A stretch of DNA of 64,000 nucleotides from Flavobacteriales bacterium (GTDB taxonomy: Bacteria; Bacteroidota; Bacteroidia; Flavobacteriales_F; PHOS-HE28): contig JAHBUL010000010.1 of NCBI GenBank assembly GCA_019638085.1, forward strand, positions 15,656 through 79,655, read 5' to 3'. This document shows positions 57,218-64,000 of the stretch, one piece after another. Below the pieces are notes generated by a model, which had not been told where the DNA came from, searched no databases, and saw only the letters and a program-made list of their open reading frames with translations. Position numbers and translations under genes: made by a program. Each line of letters begins with the position of its first letter. Within the stretch, counting starts at the first letter, position 1.

Positions 57218-58834
57218 CTATAGCAGCCGGAACGCATCCCCATCGAACAGTCCTAGGTCACTCATCTTCAGGTGAGGTATAACCAACAGCGCCATGAAGC
57301 TCAACGTCATATAAGGTGCACTGAGCTTGGAACCCAGCGCCTTTGCCTGTGCATCGATCTTCGAATAGGCATCGGCCACTTCATAGGCATCGGCATCCGT
57401 CATGATCCCGGCTACGGGCAGTGGTAGAATGTTCGTTGAAGTACCATCCGCCAAGCTCACCCCACCGCGCGCTTCGATAACGAGGTTGATCGCCGCGCAG
57501 AGGTCCTCATCGTTGGTACCTACTGCCACGATGTTGTGGCTGTCATGGGCCACACTCCCCGCTATTGCTCCGCGCTTCAGTCCAAAGTTCTTGATCCAGC
57601 CGATGGCCGGTTTGGCATCCTTGTAACGGTTCACGACCGCGATCTTCAGGATATCACGGTCCGGGTCGGCTATGAAATGGCCGTTCCGCACCTTGCCCGG
57701 CAACACCTCCTTCCCCGTGATCAACTGGCCATCCAATGCGGTGATCACCAGTAACTCATCTTCGGAGGCCGACACAGCAAAGTGCTGTGGTGATTTTGCC
57801 GCACAGTTGAACCGATTCGGGCGCTCCTCCTTCACGGAGGGGATCAGGCTCTTGCCATTCTCCGCTACCAATACCCCATCGAGATAGGTATAGCGCACGT
57901 TGAAACTCACCAGGTCCTCTACCACGATCAGGTCGGCCGGGTCACCGGGGCGAAGCTGGCCGATAGGCAGCTTGTAATGCTTCACCGGATTCAAACAGGC
58001 GGCCTGCAATACATGGTAGATGTCCATCCCCTTGGCCACGGCCCGTGCACAAAGCGCATTGATGTGGTTCTCCACCAAGCTATCCGGGTGCTTGTCATCA
58101 CTGCAGAACATCATCTCATCCGGATGGTTGTGCAGCAGGTCGATCAGCGCTTCGAAGTTCTTTGCCGCGCTGCCTTCACGGATCAGGATCTTCATGCCAT
58201 GCTTCAGCTTGTCCTGTGCTTCTTCCGCAGTGAAACATTCATGGTCCGTGCTGATGCCTGCGGCGATGTAGCGTCGGGCATCTTCCCCGCGCAGACCGGG
58301 CGCATGGCCGTCCACCGGTTTCCCAAGGCGTTGCGCATGCGCGATCTTGGCGAGTACCTCGGCATCGCCGTGCAGCACGCCGGGGAAGTTCATCATCTCG
58401 CTGAGGTAGAGTATCTCCGGCTTCTCCAGCAAAGCGCCCACTTGCGCTGCATCGATCGCATCACCGGCGGTCTCGAACACGGTAGCCGGCACGCAGCTCG
58501 GTGCGCCGAAGAAGAAGTGGAAGGGCGTTTTCTTGCCGTTGGCGATCATGAACTCCACGCCTTCCACGCCCAGCACATTGCCGATCTCGTGCGGGTCGCT
58601 CACGGTGGCAACGGTACCATGCGTTACGGCCAGTCGTGCGAACTCGCTGGGGATCAACATGCTGCTTTCCACGTGCACATGTGCATCCACAAAGCCTGGT
58701 AGGATAAAGCCCTGTACAAGCTCATTCAACTCTGTGATCCGCGTGATCCGCCCGTCCTCGATCACCACTTCCGCAGCGTACATATGGCGGGCAGGGATGT
58801 CGACGAGATTGCCCTTGATGCTTGTTTTGGTCAT
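57218..58834 (-). CDS. ade: Adenine deaminase
   Basis: [48 protein letters not shown]. Confidence 0.97.
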   Translation of the reverse strand: MTKTSIKGNLVDIPARHMYAAEVVIEDGRITRITELNELVQGFILPGFVDAHVHVESSMLIPSEFARLAVTHGTVATVSDPHEIGNVLGVEGVEFMIANGKKTPFHFFFGAPSCVPATVFETAGDAIDAAQVGALLEKPEILYLSEMMNFPGVLHGDAEVLAKIAHAQRLGKPVDGHAPGLRGEDARRYIAAGISTDHECFTAEEAQDKLKHGMKILIREGSAAKNFEALIDLLHNHPDEMMFCSDDKHPDSLVENHINALCARAVAKGMDIYHVLQAACLNPVKHYKLPIGQLRPGDPADLIVVEDLVSFNVRYTYLDGVLVAENGKSLIPSVKEERPNRFNCAAKSPQHFAVSASEDELLVITALDGQLITGKEVLPGKVRNGHFIADPDRDILKIAVVNRYKDAKPAIGWIKNFGLKRGAIAGSVAHDSHNIVAVGTNDEDLCAAINLVIEARGGVSLADGTSTNILPLPVAGIMTDADAYEVADAYSKIDAQAKALGSKLSAPYMTLSFMALLVIPHLKMSDLGLFDGDAFRLL

Positions 58835-58884
58835 TGTTGCAAAGTAACGATGCTGGATAGTTTGTGTTCGCGCGCTATTCCTCT

Positions 58885-58930
58885 TCGCGCTTGCAGCGCG
58901 GTACCAAGCGAGGTCGGCGCTTGTAGCGCC
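58885..58930 (+). repeat. REP-like double-hairpin repeat (GCGCTTGCAGCGC family), copy 1
   Basis: cgcgcttgcagcgcg-gtaccaa-gcgaggt-cg-gcgcttgtagcgc. Confidence 0.75.
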
Positions 58931-58947
58931 ATTCGCAGATCAACGGA

Positions 58948-59535
58948 TCAAACCTGATCCAGGTCCGAGATCCACTTCTTCGCCGGTATGGGTTTGTAGG
59001 CCTCCATCAAGGCCAGCAGGCCGTCCACTGTGCCGTCGATCATGATCAAGTCCCGATTCCCCTGTTTCAGCAAGCCCTTGCTCACCATGTGGTCGAGTTG
59101 AGCGATGAGCGGGTCATAAAAGCCGTTCACATTCAGAACCCCAACGGGCTTTTGATGTAGCCCAAGTTGTGCCCAAGTGATCACTTCAAAGAGTTCTTCC
59201 AGTGTGCCGAAACCTCCGGGAAGCGCAATGAACGCATCGCCCAGTTCGAACATCTTGGTCTTCCGCTCGTGCATGTTCTCCACAATGATCAGCTGCGTCA
59301 AGCTCTCGTGGGCCACTTCCTTGATCGACAGGAAGCGGGGAAGGATACCGATGACCTCGCTGCCTTTGGCCAACACCTCGTCGGCGATGTAGCCCATGAG
59401 ACCAACCTTGGCGCCGCCATAGATCAGCCGGGCTTCTTTAGAGACGATCGCCTTCCCCAGCTGCTTGGCCAAGATCTGGAACTCGGGGTCATTTCCTGAG
59501 CTGGAACCGCAGAATACAACGATGTTCTTCATCAT
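58948..59535 (-). CDS. LOG-family nucleotide phosphoribohydrolase (TIGR00730-like)
   Basis: VFCGSS, YGG...GLMG, MHERK, PGGFGTLEE. Confidence 0.94.
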   Translation of the reverse strand: MMKNIVVFCGSSSGNDPEFQILAKQLGKAIVSKEARLIYGGAKVGLMGYIADEVLAKGSEVIGILPRFLSIKEVAHESLTQLIIVENMHERKTKMFELGDAFIALPGGFGTLEELFEVITWAQLGLHQKPVGVLNVNGFYDPLIAQLDHMVSKGLLKQGNRDLIMIDGTVDGLLALMEAYKPIPAKKWISDLDQV

Positions 59536-59575
59536 TCGGTGGAAAAGTACGGATGCGGCTTGGTAATTGCAGTCA

Positions 59576-59652
59576 CGCGCTGCAAGCGCGCACCTCGCAC
59601 GCCGCGCGCTGCAAGCGCGGGCGGACGACCGCCGGTCCGCGCTTGCAGCGCC
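59576..59652. repeat. REP-like repeat: inverted full copy (59576-59620) plus forward half copy (59631-59652)
   Basis: cgcgctgcaagcgcg-cacctcgc-...-cgcgctgcaagcgcgg, then gccggtccgcgcttgcagcgc. Confidence 0.75.
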
Positions 59653-59654
59653 CC

Positions 59655-60701
59655 TCATGTCAGGCAAACCCTATTCAACACGAACGTTCGCACCAGCTTC
59701 ACGCACATCCCCACGAAGACCACGGCCCAACTTCCCCATGCCAGCCAGATGAACACCTCCGGCAGCACCTTCAGAAAGGGCAGGCCGAACGTCAGGGCCA
59801 ACTGCCAAGTGCAGACAACGTGCATGCCCAGCGGGAACACCAGCGACCAATATCCCGCATGGTATTTCCACGGAAGGGTCCAGTGCCGCCAGATCTCGAG
59901 AACGAAGATCACCGGGATCCACCACGTGCCGGCGATCCAGGCAAAGACGATGAAGACCTTCAGCGTGGGAATAAGTTCCGTGTAAATGCCGTGCGTGGCC
60001 ATGGTATCGATCAGCGTGATCCCCGCGAGGGTGGTGATGGCGGCAGCGCCCATATCGATCCAGTAGGTGGGTTTGAACTCATCAGGTCGCATGGGGAAAA
60101 AGGTGGTGCGGTAGAAGATGATGCCGATGACCACCAGATAGAACAACCAGCCCAGCAGGTGGAAGAACAACATGATGAACAGCGAGGAATGCAGCGAAAT
60201 GCCGAGATGCGGCGCCACGATGCAGCCCAAGATCGAAAGTGCTTGCACCGAGACCACGAACAAGAGCCACGAGCCGTTCATGCCGCTCTCCAACGAAGGC
60301 TTGCTTCGCTTGATGGTGACCAGCACAAAGAACGAATAGGTGAGGAGCATCCATGCGACAAGAGCGAAATACCAAAGTGCGATACCGACCTTGAACGCAC
60401 CTTGGAACTCGGCGTACTCGGACCCGAGGATGCACGCTGCTGCTACGACCGTCAGGAAGCCGGCACCTTGTTGATGGGAGGAAAGGTCCTTTCGGAATTC
60501 CAGAAAGAAGAACAACAGGCGAAGGAGGAGAAGCATGGAAAGCACGACGACCTCCACATTATTGAATCCGAATAAGACCTGACCGATCCTGGTATACCCC
60601 AGTGCATGCGATGCTACGGCAATGATGCCAGTGGACATGGGAAGCCCGAAGTAGGCGGGAGATAACCCGCGGATACCTGCTGCGATCCGGTGTTTGCCCA
60701 T
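59655..60701 (-). CDS. TDT (tellurite-resistance/dicarboxylate, SLAC1) family transporter
   Basis: PAYF...MSTGI, P.YWI.MGA.AI..LAG, YWS.VFPLGM. Confidence 0.9.
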   Translation of the reverse strand: MGKHRIAAGIRGLSPAYFGLPMSTGIIAVASHALGYTRIGQVLFGFNNVEVVVLSMLLLLRLLFFFLEFRKDLSSHQQGAGFLTVVAAACILGSEYAEFQGAFKVGIALWYFALVAWMLLTYSFFVLVTIKRSKPSLESGMNGSWLLFVVSVQALSILGCIVAPHLGISLHSSLFIMLFFHLLGWLFYLVVIGIIFYRTTFFPMRPDEFKPTYWIDMGAAAITTLAGITLIDTMATHGIYTELIPTLKVFIVFAWIAGTWWIPVIFVLEIWRHWTLPWKYHAGYWSLVFPLGMHVVCTWQLALTFGLPFLKVLPEVFIWLAWGSWAVVFVGMCVKLVRTFVLNRVCLT

Positions 60702-60800
60702 GGGGCTTTCGGTAAGGCTCCTTGGCCGGAGCTACCGGAGAAGAAACCACTGGAACAGGGACACTGTTCGGTCCGGCAGCACGTCCGATCCTGTCAAACC

Positions 60801-61607
60801 TTACTTCTTCCTACCAACGAAATGCTCCATGGTCTTGTAGATCCCCAACACGCTGCCAGCGAACCAGTCGAAAACGGGGATGGGAAGTGTGGCTTGGAAG
60901 AACCGTGTCACCCGATGGATATAGCCCGGGATGGTCACCATCGTTCTATTCCTCTCAATGGCCTTCACGATCGTAAGCGCAGCTGCTTCGGGCTGGAGGA
61001 TGGGGATCCTGGAACGCACGCCCTCGAACATGCCCGTATGGATGTAGTACGGCATGATGGTAGTGACATGCACGTCCTTCTTAATCTGCTTCATTTCCAA
61101 ACGCAAGCTGTCGGACCAGCCGATCACGGCCCATTTGCTTGCAGCGTACACCGACATCTTGGGGTTGGAGATCAGGCCACCGGAAGAAGCGATATTGCAG
61201 ATGTGTCCGGAGTTTTGGGCGAGCATGCCTTCCAAGAATGCCTTCGCGACATACATGGAACCGGCCACGTTGATGTTCAGGGTATGCGCAATGTCCGCAG
61301 ACGTGTGTTCATTGAAGAACTTCCCTACAACGATCCCAGCACTGTTGATCACTACGTCCACCACGCTATTTTCCTGCTTTACCCGTTGGGCGGTTTCCTT
61401 GACGTGCTCCGCATCGGACACATCCACCTTGAAACCTGAGATAGCTCCTTTTCCGGAGAATTCGGAAAGCGTTGCATCAAGGCTTGCTTGATCAATATCC
61501 CAGATGACCACCTTCGCTTTGCGCTCCAGCATCAGACGAGCCATGATCTTGCCGATCCCGGATGCACCACCTGTGATCAGTACGGTTTTTTCCTTCAGGT
61601 CTTTCAT
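60801..61607 (-). CDS. Short-chain dehydrogenase/reductase
   Basis: ITGGASGIG, N.AG, YAASK. Confidence 0.93.
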   Translation of the reverse strand: MKDLKEKTVLITGGASGIGKIMARLMLERKAKVVIWDIDQASLDATLSEFSGKGAISGFKVDVSDAEHVKETAQRVKQENSVVDVVINSAGIVVGKFFNEHTSADIAHTLNINVAGSMYVAKAFLEGMLAQNSGHICNIASSGGLISNPKMSVYAASKWAVIGWSDSLRLEMKQIKKDVHVTTIMPYYIHTGMFEGVRSRIPILQPEAAALTIVKAIERNRTMVTIPGYIHRVTRFFQATLPIPVFDWFAGSVLGIYKTMEHFVGRKK

Positions 61608-61675
61608 TTGGTGGGGTGTTGCTTATACCATCTCGTCATACAAAGTCGTCCAAAGATGCGCCGCTATTTCCTACT

Positions 61676-61730
61676 GCCGGTCCGCGCTTGTAGCACGGGA
61701 CAAGCGAGGTAGGCGCTTTCAGCGCGCCAG
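61676..61730 (+). repeat. REP-like repeat, further copy
   Basis: gccggtccgcgcttgtagcacgggacaagcgaggtaggcgctttcagcgc. Confidence 0.7.
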
Positions 61731-61799
61731 GATCTTCTTACCCTCTGTGCAGGCTTCATACCGGCGCTCCTTGCGCCAAAGCGGTCCCGTGGCCACCGC

Positions 61800-62534
61800 T
61801 TACACTTCCGCCTTGCGCAAACGAACCACGCCCAGCTTGTTCAACGTCCAGATCACCGGCCAAGTGGGATCGAACTCCCACCAATGCGTACCGAAGTTGG
61901 CGCGGGCGGCATGGGTGTGGTGGTTGTTGTGCAGGCCTTCGCCCATCATGATCACATCCAGCGGCATCAGGTTCTTGCTGGTGTTGTCGGTGGGGTAGTT
62001 CACATAGCCATAGCGGTGCGCGTACCAGTTGATGATCATGCCATGCAACGGGCCCATCACGAACTGCAGGGGGAGGAGCAACCACTGCCACCACGCCGTG
62101 GCGAAGGCAGCGTAGAACGCGGTATAGAGCAGCCCCCAAGCGATGCGCGAGATCCAACTTTCACCGATGCGCTCCATCGTTCTCCAATGTGGCAGGTCGC
62201 GGGTGAAGCGCTCTTCCGGCTCCAGTTTGCCATACAGCAACCCATTGTAATAGCCGGCGGTCTTCCACATCATCTTGAAGGGGTTCTCGTCGTACTTCGG
62301 CGAGTGCGGGTCTTGCTCGGTATCCGCATAGACGTGATGCGCACGGTGCATCATGCCATACACGGCCGGATTGAGGTAGCTGCTGCCTTGGGCCAGCCAG
62401 GTCATCACGTGGAACGCCTTCTCCCAGAAGGGGCTCATGGTGAACATGCGGTGCGCTGAGTACCGATGCAGGTAGAACGTCTGCACAAAAAGCGAGAGGT
62501 ACCAGTGGATGACGAAGAAGAGGACGATGATCAT
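61800..62534 (-). CDS. Acyl-CoA (delta-9-type) fatty acid desaturase
   Basis: His boxes HRYSAH, HRAHH, HNNHH; -7 box TACCTTTG at 62545-62552. Confidence 0.93.
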   Translation of the reverse strand: MIIVLFFVIHWYLSLFVQTFYLHRYSAHRMFTMSPFWEKAFHVMTWLAQGSSYLNPAVYGMMHRAHHVYADTEQDPHSPKYDENPFKMMWKTAGYYNGLLYGKLEPEERFTRDLPHWRTMERIGESWISRIAWGLLYTAFYAAFATAWWQWLLLPLQFVMGPLHGMIINWYAHRYGYVNYPTDNTSKNLMPLDVIMMGEGLHNNHHTHAARANFGTHWWEFDPTWPVIWTLNKLGVVRLRKAEV

Positions 62535-62789
62535 ATTGGAGGTGCAAAGGTACCGGCCGCAGTTAGGGTCGATCAGAACATCAGAAAATGAGAAGATCAG
62601 AGTTCTCCGCCATAGCTTGAGCGACGAAGGAAAATGGAATGCCAGCTACCGGGATTCCGCTCCGATATGTATCGGAGCATGCCCGGAATGACGATGCTCG
62701 ACCTTCAATTCGCTCTCACTTCATCAATCGAGAACACATTCGCGGCACCCTCACCTAAGCGTAGCCCGGCATGCGTGCCCAACCTGAAT

Positions 62790-63917
62790 TCAATTCGCGA
62801 ACATCTCGCGTACCCGCTCGAAGAAACCCTTGTCCTTGTTGGTGGGCTTGGGCTGCATCCCCGGGCTGTCGCGGAGCTTTTCGAGTGCCTTCTTTTCGTC
62901 CTTGCTCAGATCGGTGGGCGTCCACACCATCACGTGTACGAAGAGGTCGCCATGGCCATGCCGGTTCACGCTTGGCAGGCCCTTGTTCTTCAATCGAAGG
63001 ATGTGATTGCACTGCGTGCCCGGCTCGATCTTCATCTTCGCCTTTCCGCTGACCAAGGGCACTTCGATGCTGGTACCCAAGGCCGCATCGATCATGGTGA
63101 TAAAGGCCTCGTAGTGCAGATTGTTGCCGTCGCGCTTCAGTTCAGGATGATCCTCTTCTTCGATCACCACCAATAGGTCGCCAGGGATACCACCCGCAGG
63201 GGCTTCGTTACCCATACCGCTCAAATTGAGCTGCATACCTTCCTCCACGCCGGCAGGGATCTTCACCGTCACCACGCTTTCTTCCCTCACCAGGCCGTTC
63301 GCATCGCTTCCAGCACCGCGCTTGCTTACGGTTTGGCCCATGCCGCCACAGCTGGGGCAGGCGGTCACCGTTTGCATTTGGCCCAGGAAAGTGCTCTGCA
63401 CCCGATGGACCTGACCGGCACCCTTGCAGGTGGGGCAGGTGCTGTATTCCGTGCCTTTCGCGCGAACCAGTTTTTGGAGCTTCAATTGTTTTTCCACTCC
63501 ATCCGCGATCTCGCTCAAGGTGAGCTTCATCCGCACGCGCAGATTGCTGCCCTTTACGGTGCGACGCTGTTGGCCACCACCGAAACCGCCAAAGCCTCCA
63601 CCGCCACTGAATGCACCGCCGAAGATGTCGCCGAATTGAGAGAAGATGTCGTCCATGTTCATCCCGCCTCCTTGGAATCCACCGCCGCCCATGCCGGCAC
63701 CGGCGTGTCCAAAGCGATCAAAACGTGCCTTCTTCTCAGGGTCGCTCAGGATCTCATACGCGTTGGCTGCCTCCTTGAAACGGTCCTCGGCTGTGTGATC
63801 TCCAGGGTTCTTGTCGGGATGATGCTTGATGGCCAGTTTGCGATAGGCCTTCTTGATCTCATCCGCGCTGGCATTCCGGGCTACGCCCAGCACTTCATAG
63901 GGGTCTCTTTTGCTCAT
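62790..63917 (-). CDS. dnaJ: Chaperone DnaJ
   Basis: J-domain HPD, G/F-rich region, two CxxCxGxG repeats, GDL.V.I C-terminal domain. Confidence 0.97.
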   Translation of the reverse strand: MSKRDPYEVLGVARNASADEIKKAYRKLAIKHHPDKNPGDHTAEDRFKEAANAYEILSDPEKKARFDRFGHAGAGMGGGGFQGGGMNMDDIFSQFGDIFGGAFSGGGGFGGFGGGQQRRTVKGSNLRVRMKLTLSEIADGVEKQLKLQKLVRAKGTEYSTCPTCKGAGQVHRVQSTFLGQMQTVTACPSCGGMGQTVSKRGAGSDANGLVREESVVTVKIPAGVEEGMQLNLSGMGNEAPAGGIPGDLLVVIEEEDHPELKRDGNNLHYEAFITMIDAALGTSIEVPLVSGKAKMKIEPGTQCNHILRLKNKGLPSVNRHGHGDLFVHVMVWTPTDLSKDEKKALEKLRDSPGMQPKPTNKDKGFFERVREMFAN

Positions 63918-63958
63918 TGCAACTGATGTCCTGGCTTATTAAGGTGATGCATGGAGCA

Positions 63959-64000
63959 TCACTCACCTACCACGACTTTCGCGTAGCGTAGCACCTTATC
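63959..64000 (-). CDS. grpE: GrpE nucleotide exchange factor, C-terminal fragment (truncated by the window edge)
   Basis: Reads DKVLRYAKVVVGE*, the typical GrpE C-terminus, directly upstream of dnaJ. Confidence 0.85.
   Translation of the reverse strand, partial: DKVLRYAKVVVGE

Noticed and set aside
13107-59535. Apparent nucleotide-metabolism cluster (folA, thyA, CNT, dNK, ade, LOG) as a dedicated or anti-phage system
   Set aside because: Ordinary housekeeping families spread over 46 kb in separate operons; LOG is stand-alone with no TIR/STING/SLATT partner.
1-64000. Prophage, integron, IS, retron or DGR
   Set aside because: No integrase, transposase, reverse transcriptase or phage structural gene was recognisable.

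Overview
A 64-kb chromosomal segment from a high-GC Bacteroidota genome, most likely Flavobacteriales-like. The lineage signs are T9SS C-terminal domains, TAnnTTTG promoter boxes, short leaders without Shine-Dalgarno sites and a two-repeat DnaJ. From left to right it holds: four T9SS-secreted surface proteins downstream of a LytS/LytTR two-component pair; the block etfB-etfA-bifunctional nuclease-flippase-nucleoside transporter-[ClC]-thyA-folA; an accessory stretch (YihY, SBBP-repeat T9SS protein, two lipoproteins, a structured ncRNA); pdhB-hppA; deoxynucleoside kinase, GH3 ligase, DUF2797, sppA and a metallophosphoesterase; a lower-GC T9SS/GT-C gene pair; a surface-polysaccharide operon interrupted by a vapBC-like module with its own promoter; then M16 peptidase, SLC13 permease, mlaEFD, ade, LOG, TDT transporter, SDR, desaturase, dnaJ and the end of grpE. 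I saw no tRNA, rRNA, CRISPR array, integrase or transposase. The most unusual signals are non-coding: (1) a ~200-nt multi-hairpin RNA candidate at ~25467-25660 resembling the function-unknown Bacteroidales-1 motif; (2) several families of short repeats that sit just 3' of stop codons and bracket single accessory genes like cassettes (ClC gene inside 19-bp inverted repeats plus a 7-bp direct repeat, a lipoprotein gene between ~107-bp direct repeats, LOG between inverted REP-like copies). All family calls come from reading motifs by eye, with no database search.
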